This document shows positions 28,537 through 37,163 of a stretch of 64,000 nucleotides of DNA, one piece after another. This stretch comes from Gemmatimonadota bacterium (lineage in GTDB: Bacteria; Gemmatimonadota; Gemmatimonadetes; Gemmatimonadales; GWC2-71-9). The translations under genes were made by a program, and so were the position numbers. The DNA is taken from the NCBI GenBank assembly GCA_039933845.1, contig JBDTNH010000004.1:259-64258 (forward strand), read 5' to 3'. The notes under the pieces are model-generated. The model saw nothing but the letters and a program-made list of their open reading frames with translations, ran no database searches and had not been told where the DNA came from. Numbering within the stretch: the first letter of the stretch is position 1; each line of letters opens with the position of its first letter.

Positions 28537-29102
28537 GACGGTTCCTGAAATCGCCGCATCCAGCGCTCGACTTCGTGAGCCCATGACTTGAGGAACTTTC
28601 GCGTCGATTCATCGACCAGGTGCAACTCGGCATCGAACTTGTCCTGCGCATTGCCAACAAGCACTTGGGGCGACGGCATGGTGGGCGCATTGAGCTGGGC
28701 CAGCGTCTGGCGCATCATCGCCTGCGCACGATAGGTGCCGATCGGACCATTCGACGCACCGAGGATTGCGGTCGGTACACCGAACAACCCATGCGGCATC
28801 GGACCGCGCGAGAGCCAGTCAATGGTGTTCTTGATCCCACCTGGCATGCCGTGATTGTATTCGGGACTGGCGATCACCAAACCGTCTGATGCCCGGATCG
28901 CGCGTTGCAACTCCTTGGCCTGCGTGGGGATGCCATTGGCGTCCTCGTCGTCCGCGTCGTACACCGGCAAGCCACGCCATTCGAGGGGCGTGAGCGTCAC
29001 ACGGTCCGAAAAGACTTCAGGCAGGAAGCGCAGCAACGCCGCATTGTAGGATGCGGTTCGCAGCGAACCACACAGAGTGACCAGAGACAAAGAATCCGTC
29101 AT
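28533..29102 (-). CDS. NADPH-dependent FMN reductase family oxidoreductase
   Basis: LCGSLRTASYNAALLR and SPEYNHGMPGGIKN motifs. Confidence 0.8.
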   Translation of the reverse strand: MTDSLSLVTLCGSLRTASYNAALLRFLPEVFSDRVTLTPLEWRGLPVYDADDEDANGIPTQAKELQRAIRASDGLVIASPEYNHGMPGGIKNTIDWLSRGPMPHGLFGVPTAILGASNGPIGTYRAQAMMRQTLAQLNAPTMPSPQVLVGNAQDKFDAELHLVDESTRKFLKSWAHEVERWMRRFQEPS

Positions 29103-30037
29103 GAACGTCGCTCCGACGCCGCGCCACGCGCGACGTCCGGGATGGGTGAGAGTCGTGCCTCGATCTCCGTGCGTTGTGACTCGAAGCGCGGCGGCAGGAT
29201 CAAGCGGCGGCCGAGTTCCTCGAGCGGGTCATCGATCGTGAACCCAGGCCCTTTTGTGGCGAGCTCATACAAGATGCCGCTCGGCTCGCGGAAGTAGATC
29301 GATTGAAAGTAGTGACGATCGATCACCGGCGTCGATGCGACCCCGTGATCACCAAGATGCGCCAGCCAGGCCGCGTGTTCGGATCGTTCCGTCGCCCACG
29401 CCACGTGGTGGACCGTGCCGCCACCTGGCCGGCCACGCTGCGCGGGCGGCGCCTCGAAGCTGATCCGGCCGCCTCGAGTCACACCACGCACCTCCCAGGA
29501 CTCCGCCTCGCCGTCCCGACTGGCATTGAGCACCGTCTCGAGCAACTGGCGACTCCCCGGGATATCGTTGCCATAGGCCACCACATGATCGAAGCCACGC
29601 AGATCGTGCTCGGGTGGGATCTCCGGATGCCGCCCACTCAGCACCGGGTCGGTGGTCTGATCGACCACCAGCGCGAGTCCCAAGCCTTCGGGGTCCGCGA
29701 AGTCGATGCGTCCGGGCAGACGAGCAACCTCGACGCTTTCGTCCGCGAGACGCTTCGCCCAGAAGTCGAGCGATTCCTCGGAAGCCACTCGCATCGCGAT
29801 CCGGTGGACCATCCCCGCTCCGGCGCGCCCGGGCAATGCGCCGGGGTACTCGAAGAAGGTCAGGTCGGCGCCGGGCGAGCCGTCGTAGTCGGCATAGAAG
29901 AGGTGGTAGACATGCGGGTCGTCCTGATTCACCGTCTTCGCGACGAGACGCATTCCGAGGACTCGAGTGTAGAAGTCGAGATTTCTCGCGGCATTGCCGG
30001 TAATGCAGGAGATGTGGTGGATGCCATCGAGGTGCAT
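29099..30037 (-). CDS. ring-cleaving dioxygenase (VOC/glyoxalase superfamily, MhqO-like)
   Basis: GIHHISCITGNAARNLDFYTRVLGMRLVAKTVNQDDPHVYHLFYAD. Duplicated VOC modules. 312 aa. Confidence 0.85.
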   Translation of the reverse strand: MHLDGIHHISCITGNAARNLDFYTRVLGMRLVAKTVNQDDPHVYHLFYADYDGSPGADLTFFEYPGALPGRAGAGMVHRIAMRVASEESLDFWAKRLADESVEVARLPGRIDFADPEGLGLALVVDQTTDPVLSGRHPEIPPEHDLRGFDHVVAYGNDIPGSRQLLETVLNASRDGEAESWEVRGVTRGGRISFEAPPAQRGRPGGGTVHHVAWATERSEHAAWLAHLGDHGVASTPVIDRHYFQSIYFREPSGILYELATKGPGFTIDDPLEELGRRLILPPRFESQRTEIEARLSPIPDVARGAASERRS

Positions 30038-30101
30038 GATGTGGTGGGCTCACGGAAGTGGGGACAGCCGACCGGGGGTCGGACGCCAGTGCCAGTCTGG
30101 A

Positions 30102-30626
30102 TCACGTAGTCAAAACGACTGGTCGCTTCGCGATGTTCCCCAGTTCGTGTGACTCGCCTGGCCGCTCGGGATCAAGATCGAGCGCCGCCGCCAGACTTCG
30201 CAGTCGCTGGACCAGTTCCAGGCGATCCGCAGTGGGCAACGCCGCGAGGGTGTCCTCGAGTCGGGCGTCGGCACTGTCGGGGGCATTCAGGAGACAGGCG
30301 CGACCCCGATCGGTGAGCAGGAGACGCCACCGCCGCTGATCCGTGGCGTCTCGCATGCGGCTCACGAGCTCCTTCTGGAGCAAGCGGTTGGCGACGACCG
30401 ATGCCGAGCTGGCATCGGTCGCGGTGAACTCGGCCAGCTCGCCGATGGTGGCGCCCGGATGCACCGCGAGCTGACGCAGCGCAAAAAGCTGTGCGCCGGT
30501 CAGCCCGGTGGTTCGTTCGGCAAGGCGGTCACGTCGCCGCACCGCTTGCAACAATCGACGCCAGGCGGCCATCGCCGCCTGACTGCCGAGTGCCACTGGT
30601 CGCGGCTTAGAGAGTCGCGCGGCCAT
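30102..30626 (-). CDS. MarR family transcriptional regulator
   Basis: Winged-helix region LTGAQLFALRQLAVHPGATIGELAEF. The start could instead be ATG 30572, because 30626 overlaps the upstream gene by 20 nt. Confidence 0.8.
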   Translation of the reverse strand: MAARLSKPRPVALGSQAAMAAWRRLLQAVRRRDRLAERTTGLTGAQLFALRQLAVHPGATIGELAEFTATDASSASVVANRLLQKELVSRMRDATDQRRWRLLLTDRGRACLLNAPDSADARLEDTLAALPTADRLELVQRLRSLAAALDLDPERPGESHELGNIAKRPVVLTT

Positions 30627-31092
30627 GCTTCAAGTCGCTGAAGGTGTCGTGCACAGCCTGGACCTGATTGGCCTGGACCTTGAGCACGCTCATCACGGCA
30701 GGAGGTAGCTGCTTCTTGAGTGCGTCTGCGTACGCCTCCTTCATGCTATCCTCGGCGCGCTCGATCTCGTTGATGAGGGCCTTGTCCCCGTTCGGACTGA
30801 AGGCCTCACGCACATGCATCCAGGTGCGGTTCAAGCTACCGGAGATACTGAGATCCTTGTCAGGCGTCCCGCCGGCGGCGCGGACCAAGGGCTCGATCGC
30901 CCGTGCCGCGGTCTCCCGCTCCATGCGTGCACCGTTCATGATCGTCTTGAGCTTGGCCGATGCCGCCAGCTCAGAGGCCTTGGCAAAACCCTCAGCCGAA
31001 TCACGGTTCAACTGAAGCATATCGTTCAACAGCTCCACATGGGCGCTGGAAATGCCGGTGGTGGTCGGGCTGGTCTTGATAGTGGTGTTCAT
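30607..31092 (-). CDS. PA2169/DUF2383-like four-helix-bundle (ferritin-like) protein
   Basis: 161 aa and helical. LNDMLQLNRDSAEGFAKASE resembles that family. Confidence 0.6.
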   Translation of the reverse strand: MNTTIKTSPTTTGISSAHVELLNDMLQLNRDSAEGFAKASELAASAKLKTIMNGARMERETAARAIEPLVRAAGGTPDKDLSISGSLNRTWMHVREAFSPNGDKALINEIERAEDSMKEAYADALKKQLPPAVMSVLKVQANQVQAVHDTFSDLKHGRATL

Positions 31093-31209
31093 TGGGTCTC
31101 CTTCGATGGAATTGGCGATCGGGGGCGCTCACGCCCCAATTGAATTGAGCCGATCGGAAGTCGGGGCCCTCAGAGGGATCAGAGGATATTTCATTTGGCT
31201 CCCACACGT

Positions 31210-31238
31210 AATATATTGGACCCCACGTAAAAATGCAA
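31210..31238 (-). promoter_or_regulatory. candidate sigma70-type promoter with flanking TTACGTG direct repeats
   Basis: Minus strand reads TTGCAT (31238-31233), a 17-nt spacer, then TATATT (31215-31210). TTACGTGGGG and TTACGTGTGGG flank the -10 element. Lies about 110 nt upstream of the PA2169-like start. Confidence 0.35.
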
Positions 31239-31339
31239 GCCCAGAGCCACAATCCGGCTCGCTCCTGGGGACGCGAATCCCCGTCATCCGCGTGTGAGCG
31301 AGGATGGCGGGGATTGAGGGCGGGGTATCGCCGCCCGAA

Positions 31340-31412
31340 TTGCCCCTCCAGGGATCGAACCTGGACTCTTCTGATCCAGAATCAGACGTGTTGCCAGTTA
31401 CACCAAGGGGCA
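31340..31412 (-). tRNA. tRNA-Gln (anticodon CUG)
   Basis: Folded by hand: acceptor TGCCCCT/AGGGGCA (U1-A72), D stem GTGT/ACAC, anticodon stem TCTGA/TCAGA with loop TTCTGGA, T arm CCAGG-TTCGATC-CCTGG, discriminator A. No encoded CCA. Confidence 0.9.
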
Positions 31413-31468
31413 TCGAGATACGTTGGACGGGCGAAACTAGCAGGTCCTTGCGGCGCACGCAATCGCAC

Positions 31469-33001
31469 CTACGCCGCCCGCGACCCGCTTTCCGGCATTC
31501 GTGGCGTTGCGACCGATGCATTGGGCAACGCCCTGAACCAGCCCGTCAGCGCCTCGGTGGCTGCTGCGCAGAGGTGGCCGTTCGCCACCAGCGTCCTGAG
31601 TCGGGCCACCGTCTCCTCGAGGCCGAGTCCAGCGCGATAGGGTCGGTCGGCCATCATGGCCTCGGTGCAGTCGGCCACGGCCAGGATCCGTGCCGCCGTG
31701 CCCAACTCCTCACCCCGCAATCCGAGATGATATCCCGAGCCATCGAGTCGCTCGTGGTGCGCGGCCGCGGTGGCGGCGAAGGTACGGAATCGACTGACCT
31801 GGGAGAGGATTTCGAAGCTGTACCTCGTGTGCTGCTGCATTAGCTGGAGCTCGACCGGGTCGAGAGCGGCCGGTTTGTCGAGAATCCGGTTGCTGACGCC
31901 AAGCTTGCCAATATCGTGAAGCAGCGCTGCCCGGCGAATGGTCCGGATCTCCGCGTGCGGGAGCCCCATCTCTGCGGCGGTCCGGCTCGACAGAACAGCG
32001 ACGTTCTGGGAGTGGGTCGAGGTGAACGGGCTCTTGGCGTCGATGACCTTCGCGAATCCCTCGGCGATCTGGTCGAGCTGACGCTCGTCGGCATGGATCA
32101 GGCGGTCTCGTGGCTCGACATCGGCCAAGGCCGCCAAGCTGTTCGCCCCTTGCAACTCCCCCCAGAAGGCTGCATCAAACTCGAACGCCCCAAGCGCCTC
32201 GACCAGGACCGGATCGAACCAGCGGCCCTGACGCGCTCGCGCCATCTCGTAGGCGGTCCGGACATCGAATGACCGGGCGAAGACTTCCACCGTTTGTGAC
32301 AATCCGGCGATCCGGGCAAGGATCGGCGTGGCGCTACCGACGAGCCCCGCCGGCATGCCATTGCCATCCCAGTGTTCGTCAAGCCCCCGGATGGCCGCGG
32401 CACTCCCGACCGGCAGCCCGAGCATGGCAGCGATGTCGGCGCCGCGCTCGCAGCGGGTGGCGATCATCTCGCGGCCGATTTCCTTGGCGCGTGTGCCCAG
32501 CATGAGCGCATGCCATGCGCGAGCCAGGCGGGAGCCCCCGGGCAGCGAGTGCCGGTAGGCGTACCGCGCGGCCTCGCTGGTCGCGGTCCAATCAGTGAGC
32601 TTGTGGGCGTGCTTGAGGAGGTGGTCATCGGAGCCGAAGAGCCCGGCGAGCCTGGAGGCGTTACTCGAACAACCAAGATCCTTCAGCAAGAGCCCGTAGA
32701 AGAGCTCGCTCCGTGCCTGTTCGTCGAGCCCCAACTCAGCCGCCAAGCGCATCCCGATCAGGGTGGTCCGCACGGAATGCCCAGCCGGCTGACCTTCGGT
32801 CAGGTCGAGCGCATACGACAGTGCACCGACCACGCTGGCCAGCCGCGCCACCGTCTCGTCTTCTGCCCGCAAGACGCCCTCACCCGTCCTCTCTGGCGCG
32901 GGGAACAGGACCGCAGCAGGACGCGACCGGTCCAAAGGGCGAAAGGCGCCAGGTTGGGCCACACCCTGCGATTGATTGAAGATGGGTCGATGCATGACCA
33001 T
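31469..33001 (-). CDS. HD-GYP-type phosphohydrolase domain protein (tandem HD modules, first degenerate)
   Basis: C-terminal LLHDIGKLGV ... HHERLDGSGYH. The N-terminal module has KD in place of HD (LLLKDLGCS). Start at ATG 33001 or 32995, because the longer ORF runs into tRNA-Ala. Confidence 0.8.
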   Translation of the reverse strand: MVMHRPIFNQSQGVAQPGAFRPLDRSRPAAVLFPAPERTGEGVLRAEDETVARLASVVGALSYALDLTEGQPAGHSVRTTLIGMRLAAELGLDEQARSELFYGLLLKDLGCSSNASRLAGLFGSDDHLLKHAHKLTDWTATSEAARYAYRHSLPGGSRLARAWHALMLGTRAKEIGREMIATRCERGADIAAMLGLPVGSAAAIRGLDEHWDGNGMPAGLVGSATPILARIAGLSQTVEVFARSFDVRTAYEMARARQGRWFDPVLVEALGAFEFDAAFWGELQGANSLAALADVEPRDRLIHADERQLDQIAEGFAKVIDAKSPFTSTHSQNVAVLSSRTAAEMGLPHAEIRTIRRAALLHDIGKLGVSNRILDKPAALDPVELQLMQQHTRYSFEILSQVSRFRTFAATAAAHHERLDGSGYHLGLRGEELGTAARILAVADCTEAMMADRPYRAGLGLEETVARLRTLVANGHLCAAATEALTGWFRALPNASVATPRMPESGSRAA

Positions 33002-33048
33002 GGGAACTGGCAAAAAAGATGCCCGCGTCCGGAGGACACGGGCATCCA

Positions 33049-33121
33049 TGGAGCTGAGGGGGATCGAACCCCTGACCTCTGCAATGCGAATGCAGCGCTC
33101 TCCCAGCTGAGCTACAGCCCC
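33049..33121 (-). tRNA. tRNA-Ala (anticodon CGC)
   Basis: GGGGCTG-TA-GCTC-AGCTGGGA-GAGC-G-CTGCA-TTCGCAT-TGCAG-AGGTC-AGGGG-TTCGATC-CCCCT-CAGCTCC-A. G3:U70 identity pair present. No encoded CCA. Confidence 0.92.
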
Positions 33122-33171
33122 CCATGGGCCGGACAAGTTAGGGCACACGCCCCAAGAGCGGCAAGGCCGGC

Positions 33172-33205
33172 CTGCTCGCCTTCTCGCTTACTCGCTTTCT
33201 CGCTT
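33172..33205 (-). repeat. short GCGAG-core tandem repeat (about 4 units) directly after the rnz stop
   Basis: Minus strand reads TGA-AAGCGAGA-AAGCGAGT-AAGCGAGA-AGGCGAGC. It has the same core as the 22216 arrays. Confidence 0.6.
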
Positions 33206-34120
33206 TCAGTCCGCGTACGGCACCTCGATCACCATCCCATCCTTGGCGATTCGAGTGGCAGGGAACAGTTGGCGAGCTTCGTCAAGGAGCTCGGGCGCTT
33301 CCCGGGAGTAGCGGGCAGAGATATGCGTCAGCACCAGCTCGCGTACGCCGGCATCCCGGGCAACCTCGGCGGACTGGCGAGCCGTGCTGTGTCGGGTTTC
33401 GCGTGCCCGGACGCCTTCCTCTTCACCAAAGGTCGCCTCGTGCACCAACAGGTCCGCGCCGGTCGCGAGGACCCGGACCGCCGCGCATGGTGCGGTGTCG
33501 CCACTCATGACCACGCGTCGCCCACGTCGAGCTGGGCCGACCAATTCTTCCGGCCGAACGACGCGACCGCTCTCGACCGTGACGGATTCACCCCGGTGGA
33601 TCCGGCCCCACATCGGTCCCTCGGGAACCCCCAGGCTGCGCGCAAGGTCAGGGTCGAACCGCCCGAGTCGCGGCTTCTCGACGAGCGCGTAGCAGAGCGC
33701 GTGTCCCTTGTGCGCCGCCTCGCCAACCTCGATCAGGTGATCGCCGCGGTCGAGCACATCGCCGGGCCGAATCTCCTGGATCTCGACCGGAAACTTCGGC
33801 CGCTCCATGCCGAGATCAAGCAGGGGGCGCAGCTGCCGCTCCGCATCCGGTGGGCCATACAGCGTGAGCGGCGCCGAGCGGTCCTGCAAGCCCATCGTGC
33901 GCAGGAGCCCCGGGAGCCCGAGGGTGTGATCCGCGTGGTAATGTGTAAAGAAGAGCTCGGCCATCGTGAAGCCGACGGCGTAGCGCATCATCTGTCGCTG
34001 AGTGCCTTCCCCGCAATCGAAGAGCACCGGCACACCCTCGCGTTCGAGCATCATCGCCGTGACGTTGCGCTCGACCGAGGGAACCGCTGCTCCGGTCCCG
34101 AGGAAGGTGAGGCGAATCAT
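33206..34120 (-). CDS. rnz: ribonuclease Z
   Basis: [14 protein letters not shown] and metallo-beta-lactamase motif HYHADH. 304 aa. Confidence 0.9.
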   Translation of the reverse strand: MIRLTFLGTGAAVPSVERNVTAMMLEREGVPVLFDCGEGTQRQMMRYAVGFTMAELFFTHYHADHTLGLPGLLRTMGLQDRSAPLTLYGPPDAERQLRPLLDLGMERPKFPVEIQEIRPGDVLDRGDHLIEVGEAAHKGHALCYALVEKPRLGRFDPDLARSLGVPEGPMWGRIHRGESVTVESGRVVRPEELVGPARRGRRVVMSGDTAPCAAVRVLATGADLLVHEATFGEEEGVRARETRHSTARQSAEVARDAGVRELVLTHISARYSREAPELLDEARQLFPATRIAKDGMVIEVPYAD

Positions 34121-34677
34121 CGCTGACTGTTGTGGACGAGACGGAGGAACTCCTCCCGCGTCTTGGCATCGTCACGGAAGCTGCCACGCATGGCCGAGGT
34201 GATCGTCCGACTCCCCTGCTTCTCCACCCCCCGCATCATCATGCAGAAGTGCGAGGCCTCGAGCACCACGCCCACGCCGAGCGGCGCAAGCGCCCCGACA
34301 AGTGCGTCGGCGATCTGATCGGTCATCCGCTCCTGCACCTGCAAGCGCCGGGCGAAGACATCGACGACCCGGGCGGTCTTGGACAGCCCCACGATCCGTC
34401 CGTCGGGGATGTAGGCGACATGTGCCACCCCGAAGAACGGCAGCATGTGATGCTCACACAACGAGTAGAACTCGATGTCGCGCACCACCACCATGTTCTC
34501 GTGCGACTCCTCGAACAACGCATCGCCGATGACTTGCTGGGCATCCATCGCATACCCACGTGTGAGATAGGCGAGCGCCTTCTCGACCCGTTCGGGGGTC
34601 CGCACGAGTCCTTCCCGCGCGGGATCCTCTCCGAGGGCGGCAAGGATGTGGCGCACCTGCTCCTGAATTTCGATCAC
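34117..34677 (-). CDS. folE: GTP cyclohydrolase I
   Basis: [14 protein letters not shown] and [24 protein letters not shown] start at 34677, just downstream of the MlaD stop. The 458-aa track ORF is an artefactual extension. Confidence 0.9.
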   Translation of the reverse strand: MIEIQEQVRHILAALGEDPAREGLVRTPERVEKALAYLTRGYAMDAQQVIGDALFEESHENMVVVRDIEFYSLCEHHMLPFFGVAHVAYIPDGRIVGLSKTARVVDVFARRLQVQERMTDQIADALVGALAPLGVGVVLEASHFCMMMRGVEKQGSRTITSAMRGSFRDDAKTREEFLRLVHNSQR

Positions 34678-34688
34678 ACCGGCTCCGT

Positions 34689-35570
34689 TCAGAAAATCTT
34701 GACAGTGATCCCGACCTTCTCGGGATGCTTGGCGAGTGAATCGATCAGGGCGCTGGTCGCGTTCAGCGTCCGGGTCAACTCCGCATACAGCGTGGTGTCG
34801 GCCATCAGCTTGCCGAGTGTCCCCTCGCCGCGTGTGACACGGCCGAGGAGGGTGTCCATTCGGGCGGTGAGGCCAGCGAGTCGGTCGCTGGCGTTGCCGG
34901 CCTGCTTGAGCGTCGTGTCGACCCGCGCGGTGAGTGTCGCGGCATCGATGGCGGCCATGGTGGAATCCAGGCGAGCGGCCGTGACTTGCAACTGACGCAT
35001 CGTGGCGCCGACTTCGGCCGTGGGACCATTCCGCGCATCGGCGAGATAGGCCGTCAACCGCTGCGTGCTCGCGAGGGTCTTCCGGAGATCCGAGATCATC
35101 GCGGTGTCCAACATCTGATTGAGCGACGCCAGGGTGGTGGAGGCTTGCTCTGCCAGCTTGCCACCGATATCCATCAACCCGCTGGCGGTGGTGCCCTCGA
35201 TCACTTGATCCGGGCCGAGCGGCGCCCCATTGCCCGGATCGAAATCGATGGCCATGTCCCCGAGGAGACCAACCCCGACGAGCGCTGCGGTGGCCTCCGT
35301 CGTCGGCGTGACGAGCTCGTCGTCGTAGGTGATTTCCACCAGGACGCGCCCGGGACGTTCGAGGCGGATCGATTCGACCCGACCGATCACCGCGCCGGAC
35401 ACGTTCACCGGTGAGCCCTCCTTGAGCGTCTGCACGTCGGCGTAGGCGATCGCGACGCGAGGTGCATTGCCGATCGCGCTGCCCTTGAGCCACATGCCGC
35501 CGACAATGAAGGCCGTGACGCCGAGGACCACGAGCAGACCGACTGTCGCTTCCTTGTGGTATGAATGCAT
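34689..35570 (-). CDS. mlaD: MCE/MlaD family substrate-binding protein
   Basis: N-terminal TM helix followed by an MCE domain ([23 protein letters not shown]). ATG at 35570. Confidence 0.8.
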   Translation of the reverse strand: MHSYHKEATVGLLVVLGVTAFIVGGMWLKGSAIGNAPRVAIAYADVQTLKEGSPVNVSGAVIGRVESIRLERPGRVLVEITYDDELVTPTTEATAALVGVGLLGDMAIDFDPGNGAPLGPDQVIEGTTASGLMDIGGKLAEQASTTLASLNQMLDTAMISDLRKTLASTQRLTAYLADARNGPTAEVGATMRQLQVTAARLDSTMAAIDAATLTARVDTTLKQAGNASDRLAGLTARMDTLLGRVTRGEGTLGKLMADTTLYAELTRTLNATSALIDSLAKHPEKVGITVKIF

Positions 35571-35580
35571 GACTACCCCG

Positions 35581-36327
35581 TCAGATGGAGGCGCGATCGA
35601 AATCGCGCTCGAGAAATGCACGGACGCGCGGATCTTCCGATTCGCGAAAGTATGCGGGTGTTCCCTCGGCGATCACCTTGCCCTCCGTCAGCAGCGCCAC
35701 GCGATGCGCGGTCCGGAAGGCGCCGCGCACGTCATGTGTCACCATCACGCCGGTGACCCCGAGATCCTCGTTCATGCGCCGCACCAGCCCGTCGATGATA
35801 TCCGAGTTGACCGGGTCGAGACCGGACGTTGGCTCGTCGTACAGCACGTACTTCGGCTTCCCGGCGATCGCGCGCGCGATGCCGACGCGCTTGCGCATGC
35901 CACCCGAGAGTTCCGAGGGCATCTTGTCGAGCGTCTCGATCGGCAAGTTCACCAGGCGCAGGCACTCCTCGGCACGGTCTCGTGCGAAGGCCTTGTCACC
36001 GAACTCATCGGGATCGGTGAGCCCCATCCGGATGTTCTCGAACACATCGTCCGAGTCGAAGAGGGCGCCGTTCTGGAAGACGTAGCCGATGGTCCGGCGC
36101 AATGTGGCCAGCGCCTTGCGGCTGAGTCCCGGCACCGACGCGCCATCGACGATGATGTCGCCCCGGTCGGGACGGATCAGGCCGATGATGTGCTTGAGCA
36201 ACACGCTCTTGCCCGTGCCGGACGGCCCGAGCAGCGCCAGCGTCTCGCCTTCCTGGACATCGAGGCTGACACCATCGAGGACCATTTGCGCGCCGAAACT
36301 CTTGGCGACATCCCGGACCTCGATCAA
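35581..36327 (-). CDS. mlaF: ABC transporter ATP-binding protein (MlaF-like)
   Basis: Walker A GPSGTGKS, signature LSGGMRKRV, Walker B YDEPTSGLD. TTG at 36327 forms a TTGA overlap with the permease stop. Confidence 0.85.
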   Translation of the reverse strand: MIEVRDVAKSFGAQMVLDGVSLDVQEGETLALLGPSGTGKSVLLKHIIGLIRPDRGDIIVDGASVPGLSRKALATLRRTIGYVFQNGALFDSDDVFENIRMGLTDPDEFGDKAFARDRAEECLRLVNLPIETLDKMPSELSGGMRKRVGIARAIAGKPKYVLYDEPTSGLDPVNSDIIDGLVRRMNEDLGVTGVMVTHDVRGAFRTAHRVALLTEGKVIAEGTPAYFRESEDPRVRAFLERDFDRASI

Positions 36328-37112
36328 TGGGTCAGCAAGAGCTGCGCGAGCAGCAGGTCGAGGAGCAGGATCACCACGGACGTGGTGACGACCGCGCCCG
36401 TGGTCGAGCGACCGACGCCTTCGGCGCCCTGCTGCGTGGTGTAGCCCCGGTAGCAGGAGATGAAGCCGATCGCGCCGGCGAAGCAGATCGCCTTGATGAG
36501 CGAGTACCACGCATCGAATGGCCGCCAGAAAATCCGCGCCCCGTAGGCGAAGTCCTGATCGGTGATCGGCAGTGCCGACTTCGCGGCGATCCACCCGGAG
36601 GCGACCGCGGTGATATCCGCGAAGATCACGAGCACGGGGATCACCACCAGGCATGCCAGCACCCGCGGGACGAGCAGATGGCTCGAGGGCGACCGGCCCA
36701 GCGATTCGAGCGCATCGATCTGTTCGGTGACCCGCATCGTCCCGAGCTCCGCGGCGTACCGTGCACCGATCCGTCCGGCGAGGATCAACCCCACCAGAAC
36801 GGGCCCCAGTTCGAGCACGATCGATTCGGTCACCAGGGAGCCAACCACGTAGATCGGGACGTTGCCGGAGAATTGGTAGCCGGCCTGGAGTGCGGTGACA
36901 CCCCCCGCGAAGGCAGCGATGAGGAGCACAATGAAGAGCGATCCCGTCCCGATGTTGTGCGCTTCCTCGATGGTCCGTGGCAACCACACGCGCACCTCGG
37001 TGAGCCCACGCGCCATTTCGGCGATCAGCCCTGCGAAGCGTCCCACGGCGGCGAACGCGTCGAGCGTGAGCCGGCCGGTGCGATGCTGGAGTTGCCTCAC
37101 GAGGCTGCTCAT
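36324..37112 (-). CDS. mlaE: MlaE family ABC transporter permease
   Basis: 262 aa. Typical MlaE hydrophobic profile and the conserved GAEGVG region. Confidence 0.85.
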   Translation of the reverse strand: MSSLVRQLQHRTGRLTLDAFAAVGRFAGLIAEMARGLTEVRVWLPRTIEEAHNIGTGSLFIVLLIAAFAGGVTALQAGYQFSGNVPIYVVGSLVTESIVLELGPVLVGLILAGRIGARYAAELGTMRVTEQIDALESLGRSPSSHLLVPRVLACLVVIPVLVIFADITAVASGWIAAKSALPITDQDFAYGARIFWRPFDAWYSLIKAICFAGAIGFISCYRGYTTQQGAEGVGRSTTGAVVTTSVVILLLDLLLAQLLLTH

Positions 37113-37163
37113 CGCCGCCTCATTCCTCGACCTGACCTCATCGCTCCCCTATCTTCGTCCCTC

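Noticed and set aside
31319-31337. Hairpin GGGCGG...CCGCCC just downstream of tRNA-Gln as a terminator
   Set aside because: The stem is only 6 bp with no U-tract, and the region also contains the candidate promoter for the next operon. The evidence is too weak to annotate.
32372-34126. 584-aa plus-strand ORF
   Set aside because: It is antisense to the HD-GYP and rnz genes and runs straight through tRNA-Ala. It cannot be a real CDS.
34117-34677. folE as part of a queuosine/7-deazaguanine pathway together with the QueC-like triplet
   Set aside because: folE is 14 kb away on the opposite strand, inside the mla-rnz operon. It also serves folate synthesis, and no queD/queE/tgt genes are present. 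A link is not supported.
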